Below are positions 1 to 12,730 of a stretch of 64,000 nucleotides of DNA, piece by piece. A model generated the notes under the pieces. The model was not told the DNA's origin. It saw only the letters and a program-made list of their open reading frames with translations, and searched no databases. The stretch comes from Lytechinus pictus (lineage: Eukaryota): NCBI RefSeq assembly GCF_037042905.1, contig NC_087257.1:13392001-13456000 (forward strand), read 5' to 3'. The position numbers and the translations under genes were made by a program. Every line of letters starts with the position of its first letter. Position 1 is the first letter of the stretch.

Positions 1-314
1 CATGGCAACGGATTAATTGTCAGGATCTCGTCATCTGATCTTTTGCTATCATGATGTCGACTTCTCAAGATAATTATCTCAACATCTCGGTGGCACTTTT
101 AAGCTTCCATAGAATATGCTTCCTCAAGTGTGTGAGCCATCTCCATCTACTGTGCTCTGAATGTGACTTTAAACTTTCTTTTTCAAATCTCTAAAAAAAA
201 ATCACAATTTATCAATACATACTTACAATCTTTAAACTTGTAACAATTTTAACCTAAAGGGCATGCCTGTGTGACTTTAAAAACAACTGTTGCATGACTT
301 CAGCCGGTCTTTAG

Positions 315-605
315 TTACTTCCCTTGTTTGGAGGGCACTTTCTTCTTCAACTTGTTGAGAAGGTTGATAACAGATTTATCAACAGGACATGCATCTTTCA
401 CCTGAAGAATTCCAAGTTGGCAAAACTCAAGAATTTTCATGACTGATGGCTCATAGGCCAAATGAAAAATGTAAAAACCAGCTACGTAACAAGCCAATGC
501 ATGCACTTTATCCTGGACTTGACAGACTCTTTGCTCCTCCAGAACAAGCTCATATGATTCCTCTTGATTGCCGGATACACGTATGTACATGGGCTTCGTA
601 TCAAC
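315..605 (-). CDS. Terminal exon of the SAMD3-like gene (VDTKPMYIRV...PSKQGK*)
   Basis: Acceptor tttttcattgacag at 606-608; phase 0 matches the exon ending at 6365; ORF 315..590. Confidence 0.7.
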   Translation of the reverse strand, partial: VDTKPMYIRVSGNQEESYELVLEEQRVCQVQDKVHALACYVAGFYIFHLAYEPSVMKILEFCQLGILQVKDACPVDKSVINLLNKLKKKVPSKQGK

Positions 606-1072
606 CTGTCAATGAAAAACAATAACAAGGGTTTCTTATTCAATGCATGTGGTTTAGCTTCTCAACAAGAAATATGTTTGTTTTTTTAAGAAACTTGGCC
701 CATCCATTATGGGACAATGGATGGGCGGGCAGAGTTTTATCAAAAACGATAAGATTTCTTGAGATTATGGTGCGTAATCATGACTGATGCATGCTAAATA
801 GCCCGTTAGCAGCGTGTCTTGCAAACGCGCGACATGCAGCATGACGACCAAGCAACACAATATTTTTCACCCTACTTGGATTGAAACATTTCTCTTTCAA
901 TAATTATTCAAATAACATTAATAAGATGTAACAATATTTTTGGCAAATAAATCACTCTGATGAAATGCAAAACTAACAAAATTCCACCACTCAGAATATA
1001 TTCAGCTTTGTTTGGTGCTGTAATTTGCAACTGCATGCTAGTGTATGGCACGCCCATAGGGAATCAATTAAA

Positions 1073-1800
1073 TATATATTTCACTTATAAAATATATGTT
1101 TCTCTTCCACTAAACCATTTCACTCAAAGAAATTTATATTTCACTTTTAAAAATATATTCCACTTTATCAAAAAAATATATTTCACTTAAAAAAAATATG
1201 TTTCACTTTTCAAAAAATATATGTTTCACTTTTCCCAAAAAATATATATATTTCCCTTTTCCCCAAAAAAAATATATGTCACTTTTCAAGAAAATATATT
1301 TCACTTTTCAAAAAAAATATATTTCACTTTTCAAACAAATATATTTCACTTTTCCAAAAATATGTTTCGCTTTTTAAAAAATATATATTTCACTTTTCAA
1401 AAAAAATATATTTCACTTTAAAAAAAATATATATTTCACTTTTCCCAAAAAAAATATGTCACTTTTCAAGAAAATATATTTCACTTTTCAAACAAATATA
1501 TTTCACTTTTCCAAAAATATGTTTCGCTTTTAAAAAAATATATATTTCACTTTTCAAAAAAAATATATTTCACTTTAAAAAAAATATATATTTCACTTTT
1601 CAAAAAAAATATATTTCATCTTTCAAAAAAATATATTTCACTTTCTCAAAAAAACATATTTCACTTTTCAAAAAAAAATATTTTACTTTTCAAAAAAATA
1701 AATTTCACTTTTCCAAAAAAATATATTTCACTTTTCAAAAAAATATATTTCACTTTTCCAAAAAATATGTTTCACTTTTGAAAGAAATATATTTCACTTT
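1073..1800 (+). repeat. Outer-domain tandem array (~22-24 bp, TATTTCACTTTTCAAAAAAATA), left arm of the foldback element
   Basis: About 30 degenerate units visible directly. Confidence 0.9.
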
Positions 1801-1930
1801 TGAAAAAAAAAAAATTTCGACGAAGATTCATTTCACTTGTTACATTTTAATTTTGAGAGAAAACAAATCCTTTCACTTTTGTTGTATAACACATGCGGCT
1901 GCTGCCGTATTATCTCCGTATACGTAAAAT

Positions 1931-2830
1931 CCATCTATCTTTCTACCTACATGATATATCTATCTATCTATCTATCTATCTGCCTAATTAGTATCTATTT
2001 GTTCAAATATGTCTATCCTTCTATCTATCTATCCATCTATCTGTCTTTTATCTATCTCTGGATCTGTCTATTTATTTTTCTATATATCTGTCTAATAATT
2101 ATCTGTTTAAATATGTCTATCTATCTATCTACAAATCTGTCTGTCTATCTATCTATCTATCTATCTAATATCTATTTATTTCGTTTAATATGTCTGTATA
2201 TCTGTTTATTTATCATTTAATTTATATATATATATCTATCTACCTACATGATATATCTTTCTATCTCTCTGCCTAGTATATGTCTATCTGTATAAATATG
2301 TTTATCTTTCTTTGTATCTATCTATCTATGTATTTAATATCTATTTATTTCGTTTAATATGTCTGTATATCTATTTATTTATCATTCAATTTATATATAT
2401 ATCTATCTACCTACATGATATATCTATCTATCTCTCTGCCTAGTATATTTCTATCTGTTTAAATATTTATCTTTATCTTTCTATCTATCTGTCTCTTTAT
2501 CTATATCTATCTATCTCTATCTATCTATCTATTAATCAGGGGCCGCGGAATGGTTTTCAAAGTGGGGGGGGGGGACCATGCAAAAAATCACAATCATATG
2601 GTCACTTTTACGTTTTTGTACACGGTTTTGGAAAAAAGTGTGGGGGGCTGAAGCCCCCCTCCAGCTTCCGCGCCCCCTGTTAATATATATCTATCTTCTA
2701 TTAATCTATCCACTTATCATTTATCTATCCATCCATCTATCTATTTATCTATCTTTCTTATATGTATCTGTTTGAATATGTATGTCTGTCTGTCTATTTA
2801 TCTTTCATACTTATATCCACTCATTTGTTT
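1931..2830 (+). repeat. Degenerate (TATC)n microsatellite domain, left arm
   Basis: Visible TATC/TCTA runs. Confidence 0.9.
2537..2679. mobile_element. 143-bp MITE inserted in the left foldback arm
   Basis: TIRs CAGGGGCCGCGGAA / TTCCGCGCCCCCTG; TTAAT duplicated on both sides; absent from the right arm. Confidence 0.75.
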
Positions 2831-4479
2831 AAATAATTATGTGTGTTTGTCTCTGCATCTACGACAGACCACCTAATTCGTCCGCCACGACGAATTGAAA
2901 TCTAGTTTCACTTGTTTCATTTTAAATCCGAGAGAAAACAAATCCTTTCACTTTTGTTGGATAACACATACGGCTGCCGTATTAGACCGTAAGTAAATTT
3001 CGTTCCTCGCGTAAATATCCATTCTTCTCGCTACGAAAAACATTTCACTCATGTTGCAAATTCATTTCACTCAATTGCAAAAAATACGTTCCTCTTTTTT
3101 CTCGGCCTGTAGGCGGCGCACACATTGTTGGTGGGACGAGGACACAGCACCACGAGGTGGGCCCATAAACACAAATCGTAAAGTTTGAATTTATCGCTGA
3201 TTATCCACAATAGCCAGTGCAATCAGCTGTTGCATTCGGCCCTATACGATCAATCACTAACCTTAGCACGGTCTGGCTATACGTTATGTAGGCATGAATA
3301 CTTCATACATACACTATCTACGGAGCTGAATGGTCAAGGTTGAAATTTCCCTTTTCTCCCTTCCGTCTGTTTTTTTTACTTCATTGACATACGATGATCG
3401 TAATGATTGATGAAATGAAGCTTACAAAAAGCTACATTTCACTGGTCAACTCGCTTGTACCTGCACTGCAAAACCAAATTCTCTCCATTTTGTATGAGAC
3501 ATGAATGGGGGGTCACCATCCTTAGAACAGACACAGTTGGGTGATGACATCATTGCTTTCGGTGGACATTCTCGGCTAACACTGAGATGTATACTAATTA
3601 CGCGTTATTAGTATATATCTCTATGGCTAACACCAACCTTTTCGGGTTGAGCGATGACGTCATCACCCAACTTCAGTCCCGTATACTCACTTTTTATGTC
3701 TGTTCTAAAGATGGTGAACACCCCCCCCCCCCCTTCATGTCTCAGACAAAATGGAGAGAATTTGGTTTTGCGGTGCAGGTACAAGTGAGTTGACCAGTGA
3801 AATGTAGCTTTTTGTAAGCTTCATTTCATCAATCATTACGACTATCGTATGTCAATGAAGTAAAAGACAGACAGAATGGAGAAAAGGGAAATTTCAACAC
3901 TTATACCTTGATCATTCAGCTCCGTAGATAGTGTATGTATAAAGTATTCATGCCTAATGCCTACAAAGGTTAGCGATTGATCATAGGGCCGAATGCAACA
4001 GCTGATTGCACTGGCTCATAGAGATGTATACTAATTACACTGGCTATTGTGTTTGTATTTGTGTTTATGGGTCCACCTCGTGGTGCATTCTCGTGCACGT
4101 GGGAAAGTGATGCAATTGGGTTCGCTGGTATTCCCATATCCTAGTTATTTTGTGTATTGCAACCGCATTCATGATTTCTCCCCTCAGTACAGCGAAAATT
4201 TTGCAACCATCTCTGTGCGCGCCCCTACAGGCCGAGAAAAAAGAGGAACGTATTTTTCTGCAATTGAGTGAAATGAATTTTGCAACAACAAGAAATGTTT
4301 TTCGTCAGTAGCGAGAGGAATGGATTTTTACGTGAGGAATGAAATTTACGTACGGTCTAATCATAGAGCAGCCGTATGTGTTATCCACCAAAAGTGAAAT
4401 GATTTGTTTTCTCTCAGATTTAAAATGTAACAAGTAAAACTAGATTTTAATTCGTCGTGCGGACGAATTAGGTGGTCTC

Positions 4480-5470
4480 TCGTAGATAAATAAACAGACA
4501 TAACTATTTAAACAAATGAGTGGATATAAATATGAAAGATAAATAGACAGACATACATATTTAAACAGATACATATAAGAAAGATAGATAAATAGATAGA
4601 TAAATGGATGGAGAGATAAATGATAGATATATATTAATATATAGATAGATATAAACAGATAAATAGGTATTAGATAGATAGACAGATAGACATTAGATAG
4701 ATATTGATTGACGATAAAAAATACGATGATGAGGAGGTTGATGCTGATAATGATTGATGGCAAATATGATGATGATGATAACGGTGATTATGATATTATA
4801 TTTGATATACACATAGATTCAGAGACAGATAGATACATGGGTACATACAAAGATAGACAGATAGATAGATAGATGGATAGATATATAGATAGAGAGAAAA
4901 TAGATCGATATATTTATTCACAGATAGACATATTGATTAACATATTAAACAGATTTAATAGATAAATATTAAGTAGATAAACAGACATAATTATTTAAAC
5001 AGATCAATAGATATTATATTAAAAACAGATAGACATACATATTTTGAACAGATAGACATAAGATAGATAGATAGATAGATAACGATAAATAGGCAGATAG
5101 ATAGAAAGACAGATATACAGACATTTAAACAGCCGGATAAATCATTAGATAGATAGATAGATAAAGAGACAGACAGGTAGATAGATTTGTAGATAGATAG
5201 ATAGACAGACATATTTAAACAGATAATTGTTAGGCAGATAGATAGAAAAATAAGTAGTTCGAGAGATAGATAAATAAATAGACAGATAGATGGATAGATA
5301 GAAAGATAGACATATTTAAACAGATAGATATATATTAGGCAGAGAGATAGATAAATAGACAGATAGATGGATAGATAGATAGAAAGATAGACATATTTAA
5401 ACAGATAGATATATATTAGGCAGAGAGATAGATAGATAGATATATCATGTAGGTAGATATATAGATAGAT
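4480..5470 (+). repeat. Degenerate (GATA)n microsatellite domain, right arm
   Basis: Visible GATA runs that mirror 1931-2830. Confidence 0.9.
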
Positions 5471-5496
5471 GAATTTTACGTTTTTATTTTTTTTTT

Positions 5497-6085
5497 AAGT
5501 GAAATATATTTTTTTGAAAAGTGAAATATATTTTTTTGAAAAGTGAAATATATTTTTTTGGAAAAATTAAAAACATTTTTTTTTAAAGTGAAATATATAT
5601 TTTGTTTGAAAAGTGAAATATATTTTTTTGAAAAGTGAAATATATTTTTCTGAAAAGTGAAATATATTTTTTTGAAAAGTGAAATATATTTTTTTGAAAA
5701 GTGAAATATATTATTTTGAAAAGTGAAATATATTTTTTTGAAAAGTGAAATATATTTTTTTGAAAAGTGAAATATATTTTTTTGAAAAAGTGAAATATAT
5801 TTTTTTTCAAAAGTGAAATATATTTTTTTTGAAAAGTGAAATATATTTTTTTTGGAAAAGTGAAATATATTTTTTTGAAAAGTGAAATATATTTTTTTGA
5901 AAAAGTGAAATATATTTTTTTGAAAAAGTGAAATATATTTTTTTTGAAAAGTGAAATATATTTTTTTGAAAAGTGAAATATATTTTTTTGATAAAGTGGA
6001 ATACATTTTTAAAAGTGAAATATAAATTTCTTTGAGTGAAATGGTTTAGTGGAAGAGAAACATATTTTTTTCAAGTGAAATATAT
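5497..6085 (-). repeat. Outer-domain tandem array, right arm (reverse complement of 1073-1800)
   Basis: Repeated AAAAGTGAAATATATTTTTTTG units. Confidence 0.9.
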
Positions 6086-6364
6086 ATTTAATTGATTCCC
6101 TATAAGCGTGCCATACTAGTGGGCTGACTGGAATGTTGTGTTATCACACATAGCATGCATGTAAATCTTAAGTACCTGCATCACATAATACCAGTGTACT
6201 TTGTGATAAACACAACCCACCAGTTGGCTCAGCAGTCTGAAGTTGTAGAGCGGAGTGCAAAAGAATGCTAAAATATGATTTTTAGGTTTTGGCTTTATGA
6301 AACTTATAATCTAGTCCATGTCAATGTTGTAAAATTACTTCTAACTGGTTATGCGGTACCATAC

Positions 6365-6435
6365 CTTGTCACTTGAGATGAATATATCACCTAGGTCTTC
6401 CTTGAAGAAGGTTGGTAGGATCTGTATGACATTTT
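6365..6435 (-). CDS. Internal exon of the SAMD3-like gene (NVIQILPTFFKEDLGDIFISSDK)
   Basis: ccag|...|gtat boundaries; 71 nt; phase 1 in and phase 0 out, consistent with both neighbours. Confidence 0.7.
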
Positions 6436-7235
6436 CTGGAATCAGATTAAGAAATGTCAATAATTTGAAAAATGCACCATGTTTTTTAATTCAAAACAGA
6501 AGCTTGTATTCTGTTAGTTGGAATCCAATGTTGATTATACCACCACGTTACCACCGCAATCTTTAGATCATGTATGGATTGAAGGGACTGAAGTTCTGAG
6601 CTGTAATTTTGCTCAAAACTAATGAAAAGCTTCCTGCCTTCAGCCTTGATTCTCATGATATCAGTTTGCAAGAATCAAGTTTGATTCACACATAAAGTTG
6701 TCTACAAGAATCTATAAGCGAATCAATTCGCACCAAATTTCTGGCCCTGCCAACGATTCCAAATTTAAATACCAACATGCTTCATAACTAACAGCTGTCT
6801 CTTAAAGCTCAAATTATTGAAAGATAGAAAAGAAAAATCCCAAATTCAATGAAGAATTATCTCATAATGTCGGCTTCAAAAATGACCACAAATGGACAGG
6901 AGTTAAACACTTTTAGGCAGGCATTAGAGACAAACTCATGAATTGTTGGACATTGATACACATCCACTTTACATCAAGTGACTAAGCCAAGTGTGAGTGT
7001 AAAGTGGTTGCATGCCTTTGTCAGCATAAAGTGGGTTGCCTGAAGGGGTTCGAACTTCAATTCTTAAAGTGTATTTACAGTTTCCTTTTATCATGTGTGG
7101 CACCCTGGAATGAAGAGATAATTATCCATTGTAATAAGGGAATAATGTTACAAATTATTTTTCCATCGTATAACATTTTGGGTTTTTAATGTGTGATGTT
7201 ACAAACAAATTAAAAATATCCGAATAACAGAATAC

Positions 7236-7376
7236 CTTCTTTACTTCCGGGAACTGACACATCTTTCTTGGCTCGTTTGCATCTATCTTTGCGAAGTCCA
7301 GAAAGGGGTTCTGCCAGTCTTTGTAGTCCTTGGTTGAACAGTGTGATTAGGTCCTCACCATGAATCCTGCGAAACT
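7236..7376 (-). CDS. Internal exon of the SAMD3-like gene (FRRIHGEDLITLFNQGL...)
   Basis: ttcttgcag|...|gtatt boundaries; 141 nt open; phase 1 out joins the 6435 exon. Confidence 0.7.
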
Positions 7377-8410
7377 CTGCAAGAAACAGAAAATATGAAA
7401 AACATCGTGACCCCTGTTCACTAGATTAATGCTGGTGTTGTTGAACATGTTGAATTATTGGTGTTTATAATGACAGGCTGATTGGATTTATAATTTTACT
7501 GACAAGACAGATACAGCTTCATCCTGTAAATCAGCTAGCTTATCATAACCACAAACACACTCCTGTAAAGATCTTGTTTAGACTACTTCAGGCATTAATT
7601 TGAAGAAATTGTAATCATAAACCCTACCATCTTTGGTAGGGTTCATGTGGTATGACGAAAGCATTATATAAGTCTATCATGAATTCATCCCAAATAGAGC
7701 ATGGCAGATAAGACTGACCATGCACTCCAGCTTTGAGTTTTGAAAATTGCAGGTGTGGTATATATCACACTCCTCAATATATTAAGGTGTGCTGTAGAAG
7801 TGCATCACAATCAAACTTGTAACTCAAATTTCAAATATTCAAATAAACCACCCTGCATACGCTACCATGGCTACGTGGCACGCAACATACCACATGTGCA
7901 GAAACGACCAAGTGTACGTGGAATTCAGGAAAAGGGCTCTTTTTTATTGCACGTGAACAAAACACTACATGACCGAACGTAAACATAAAGGCTTGAAAAA
8001 AAGGATTTACACTGAACTTTTCCTTTGTCAATATACATTTTGAAAATTTTAATTTTGTTATAAATGATTCAAGATTATTCCTGCAAGCCCAAAGACACTT
8101 TGCACTTTGTAGCCAATTTAAAAAAATAGGCGTGTGAAAAATCACACTCCTTGTGATGATTTGAAGCGTGTGATCGCACTCGCACGCCTCAAAACTCAAA
8201 GCCTGTGTACTCGTGAAATTGGCAATGTGCGTGTTGTTCGCCTGGATGGGACTAAGCATTATGGTGTTTATATTCCACCAATACGCCTGAAAATGTAAAC
8301 CAAGGTATTACATTTTATATTCCATGTACAGTACATGTGTGCATCATTTACATGTCAACAATTTGAATGTGGATACAAAATGTATATCTACATTAAAAAT
8401 AAAATATACA

Positions 8411-8798
8411 CAACAGCCATGGATATTTCTCTTTGATTACTGTAGAGCTTGCACCACCCTCCACAATTTTGTGGCGTCTATCTGGAAAAGTTAAATCCAT
8501 GCGTTGTGTGACCTCCTTAAAGTCTGGACGCTTTTTCTTGCTCTCAACTGCTAGCCACTCAATATGGGCCTTAATGGTTAATGGATCCTCTGATTTGGGT
8601 CTTTCAGGTAGGTAATTTTATAGACCAAACATTGGTGGGAATTTGGGTTTAGCTGGTTGTTTTGCTGCCAATTCCATGCTTGGTTTTTTTCATGGGTTGT
8701 TTCCTTTTTCTCATCTGAACTTGTAGCAATTTCCTTATATCGTCCGACCTATTCCGCTTGTTCTGAAATTTGTATTTGAGTTTGGCTAACCACAGTTC
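8411..8798 (-). pseudogene. Degenerate exon, paralogous to exon 9920-10315
   Basis: Translates ELWLAKLKYKFQNKR...PKFPPMFGL*NYLPERPKSED...RMDLTFPDRR...KEKYPWL, with one frameshift in a T-run near 8685 and one stop; donor site unclear. Confidence 0.7.
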
Positions 8799-9439
8799 CT
8801 GCAAAACAAAAAGTATGATCAAACAGGCTCAACAATTAACAGCAAAAGCAATGAAGTTGTTGAACCACAAGTGTCGCCTGCTTTTGCAATTACCAAGGTC
8901 AAAGTTACAAAGTTTCAGAAGCAGCTCTGCAAGTTTCTCGCATAGACGGAAATATGAAATACTTAAATTAGGTGAAGAAAAACCGGGCTGCACTTCATAG
9001 CACAGGATGCTTCCCTACTCAAATCCCATCTATTTTGCCCTTCGCTGTCCCACACACCAGTGGCATAACCTGAGGGGGTAAGGGGGCATTTGCCCCCTGC
9101 TGGAAGGCTCACCCCCCAAATAAAATGCCAAACTCCATGTCTACTAACAATAGTCGGTTATGCCCCCCTGATCACAAGCCTGTCCCCCCCATGCTCCCCC
9201 CAAATGGGAGACCCTAGTTACGCGACTACCTCACACCCTCTCCCAAACATATGCCTCATTCCAGACCTACCCACAGCCTGCCTGATCAAACACTAAACTT
9301 GCAATAGTTTAGCTCCACCGCCTGGTTACGTGCACATCCCCACATCCAAAACCTAAAAATACCCTGCCCGTACCTCAACCCACTGTCAATATTGTACAAA
9401 TCTTTATTTGACACATTCCTCCTTGTGATGTGCACTTAC

Positions 9440-9530
9440 CTTGTTATTGGTGTTGTCTAGCATGGCTATCTTTGGGAACTTTGAAACCAGCTGCTCCACA
9501 ACTCCGGCATATTCACGAGGAGTTGGATAC
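9440..9530 (-). CDS. Internal exon of the SAMD3-like gene (YPTPREYAGVVEQLVSKFPKIAMLDNTNNK)
   Basis: cctgtag|...|gtaagt boundaries; 91 nt; phase 0 out joins the exon starting at 8798. Confidence 0.7.
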
Positions 9531-9919
9531 CTACAGGATATGAATCAAATTTTTTTTAACAATTAGCTAGTCGTTTAGGTGGTGAATGCGAGCTTTTAGC
9601 GTGCTGGATGATAAACCTTGGGGGGGGGGGGGTTGCAACACCCCTCCCCCTTCTTTAGACTAAGGTTAATGCATGCAGTCATTTATATGTACAGTACACA
9701 TACAAGGCAATTTCTTGGTTCCAGGAAAATACAAAAAATTCTGTGATACCTTCTGACATATTTTTATGATTTGACTTCATAACTCAGCACTTTTGCATTC
9801 TCCTCTCTTCCTCTCTTCCTCTCTTCCCCAGTACCTTTAATGTTACTTTGTTTCTTTGAATAAAAAAACCCAAGTATATAGAATGCATATATTTCGACAC
9901 TGTTTCAAGGTATACACAC

Positions 9920-10315
9920 CTCGATACCATCATCCTTGAACAACCACAGGTATTCTTCTTTCAGCTGTGCTATTGATAGGTTTTCGTTTATGATTTCATT
10001 TCTTCTATCAGAGAAGGTTAAGGTCATCCTGGATTCCACCTCTTCGTAGTTGGGTCGCTTTTTGGTCCCTTCTGTTAGTGGCCATCGTTTGTGTGCTTTG
10101 ATGCTCTCGTCATCTTCAGAAGCCTGCCTTGATGGAAGGTAGTTGGCCATCCCGAAAATAGGAGGATACTTCACCTGCTCCTTTGGTGTCTTGAAAATAT
10201 TCCGGGTTGGTGGTTGCTTCCTCTTTCGTTGTTGAACTTCCAAGCTGGCTCTCATGGTACCATCCCGTCTCCTGCTGTTCTGAAACTTATACTTAAGTTT
10301 TGTAACCCACAGTTG
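9920..10315 (-). CDS. Open exon of the SAMD3-like gene (QLWVTKLKYKFQN...WLFKDDGIE)
   Basis: tttag|...|gtgtgt boundaries; 396 nt open; includes ORF 9905..10255. Confidence 0.7.
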
Positions 10316-12129
10316 CTAAAAAAGAAGAACAGATACAAATATATATAAAGAGTTAGGCCTATTCAATATTTATAAGTGTCACATATAAAGTAGATAGAAT
10401 AGACAAATTGATTGTATGCATGCAGAATGGTTGATATTATGTACATGTCTAATAGATTCAAACATCGACTGCAGAATATTCACCACACCAAGAATATCTC
10501 AAGATAACACCGCAAGCCTTGTTCCTTGCAACTAATTATAAATACAACTACCTATATACACAGGGGATTAATTTGTAGTTATTTTTCTGTCTGTAAGTTT
10601 GATTAGCAGGCTTCTTGAGCAGGTTTGCAATTAAAATATTTCATATTGTGCTTAGAAAGATGAACTGAATATAAAAAAGTGGGGATTTAATTTAGAAAAG
10701 AACTAGATAGATGAGAATTAACAAAATGGTTCCAGTTTATCATGCAGAAACTCTCCCAGTATATCGTCAGACAGTTACTTGCGTATGTGTGTGAGGGGGG
10801 TGTCTTCACAGCAGGAGGCAATGTTGCTCAGAGTAATAAAATCTAGCACTGCCAATCCCAAGGTGATTGCATATATATAGTGGAGACAGATCCCATCGGT
10901 CTAGGGCTAGTTACGCTGCGAACGTTCGAACACCGGTAAGACGCAACTTAGCCCTATAACTAAGCCTACATGTATGCTTGCAGAGGTGGGTAAGACGGGT
11001 GGGGTTGTATTTCCGATCACTTAACATTCCTTAATATTCTAGACTTTGCCGTGTTTGTTGTCTGATTCTACTAAAAATACACATCAAATTTCACTAAAAT
11101 TATCCAAGTTTGTCTTGCATACATTTAAGACATCATATTGTGTTAAAAGAGTGAGAACATGTTCATGTTATATCGTGAATTTTGAGTAACAAAGTTAGGC
11201 GTTCGGAATTAGGACCCGTTCGGAATTTCGACACCTTGGTAGTTTTAGTACCATATACCGGGTCGTAGCCCGAGACCAGTCCATGGCATCATGTCATCAT
11301 GCCGGATTCAAGGCTCAAGCTATCATATAGAGCAAACAAACAAACAAAAAGAAACACGTAAAACTCACCAAAAAACCCCAAAACTTCTGTTACGGGTAGG
11401 CCTATAAATTTTTGTAAAGGTACATCTTCTCATACACCGTACCTCGTCGCATGTCCGCATCCGACCGACATCCCGCGGCGCGCTCGATTGACCGGGCGCA
11501 GATAGTACTCGTGATCTGAGTAGGCGTACCGGACGCAACATTTAAAATTACGCATATCCAATAAAATTACTCGCAAAGACTTTCATGAGACCCCGAGACT
11601 GTCGTGGTTTACTCATCTAGTGAATTAAGGTATTTCTCAGCAATTCTCACTTTACTCGATTGTTAGTGTTTTCACCCGTTCATCCACCAAGCCGTACCAG
11701 ATTAAAGAGAAACTCACTTTGCACATTTGTTTGACGTAATTATTTGTGTAAGGGATACTCAAGAAAAAAAAAGAGTATACTGGAAGAGCGGATGTAATTT
11801 TTAACAGAAACACAGATTCTGAAGTAAAAATACGTAATATACGAATAAAAGGCACTCGGTTCCATGAGTAGCCGTGAGTAGCAAAAGATTTTACTCATGG
11901 AAACTAGTTATTATTTTTTGTGCGTACCTTTTCTAATCATGGATAGGATGCGTGGGCTCATAAACTAAACAATTCGAGCGCGAAGCTAGAGCCGAAATTT
12001 TTGATGTATTGTCATGAAAAAGGGGGAGTGTTTGTAAAATAATTTATCATTTACAGCGCCGTAATTTTGGGCATTATATCGCCGTAATTGGGCAGCATAA
12101 CGCCGTAATTTAGAATATGAGACCAGATT

Positions 12130-12730
12130 CCTTCAGGAATATCTAGATAGGGTTTTATCATTGCGTAGTCTTAACAAGATGCAGTTGAACGCCAGTAAAA
12201 CCAAAGCAATGAGAATTGCTCCTTGTAAAAAGAATGTTGGTAATACTAGTTACATGATAGATGATGGGGTAATTGAACAGGTCAGTTGTATCATAGAGCT
12301 ATTCCTCTATGGTTGTATCAAGTACTTCTCAATTCCCAGTTAACCGTGGGATGACCATGTAAATCATGTTGTTTCAAGGTGTAGCCGTGTGCTCGGACTC
12401 CTTTCCCGTATGTCGGCTGGCCTCTCTTCACGAGCGCTTCTGACATTATACAAGTAATTTGTGCTGCCCATCCTTAATTTTGGTGTTCATATTGATATAC
12501 TCGAGCACATTCAGAGAAGGGCAACACGAATGATACTCAGACATGAGATGCCATATGACCAGCGTTTGCGATTTATGGCATACGTTGAACCTAGGATGAT
12601 TTTTTGATGGTGTTCTTTTTTCGTTAAATTGTTGTATGGCTTGATCGTATGCGATGTCGTGAGGGACAATATTTTAATACGTGTAAGGCGTTCTGAGGTA
12701 GATGTTAGAATTGATTTGTACACCTACAGG
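12130..12730 (+). mobile_element. Old, degraded non-LTR retrotransposon fragment (RT C-terminal region, CR1/L2 group)
   Basis: Broken frames give MQLNASKTKAM, WDDHVNHVVSRCSRVLGLL, LLTLYK*FVLPILNFG and LEHIQRRATRMIL. Confidence 0.7.

Larger units (their letters stand above)
1044..6115. mobile_element. 5.07-kb foldback (palindromic) non-autonomous DNA element
   Basis: Termini TATGGCACGCCCATAGGGAATCAATTAAATATATATTTCACTT and its near-perfect reverse complement. Flanked by direct repeat CTAGTG (1038-1043, 6116-6121); an alternative reading is a TAGT TSD with 1-bp longer ends. Arms mirror through tandem-repeat, microsatellite and unique domains to a centre near 3602. Confidence 0.85.
315..10315 (-). 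pseudogene. Multi-exon gene resembling the uncharacterised 'SAMD3-like' C-terminal family; partly degenerate, 5' exons not found
   Basis: Exons 9920-10315, 9440-9530, ~8411-8798, 7236-7376, 6365-6435 and 315-605; all but the ~8411 end have canonical AG/GT ends. Motifs YPTPREY..V...LV.KFP, LW..KLKYKFQN, RM.LTF.DRR, EFRRI and FYIFHLAYEP..LEFCQ. The 8411-8798 exon has a frameshift and a TAA stop. Confidence 0.7.

Noticed and set aside
1073-1800. CRISPR-like regular repeats (also the 96-bp and ~155-bp arrays)
   Set aside because: No unique spacers, no cas genes, and a eukaryotic context.
960-6006. ORFs rich in KKIYFTF or YLSI
   Set aside because: They are translations of the foldback tandem arrays and microsatellites.
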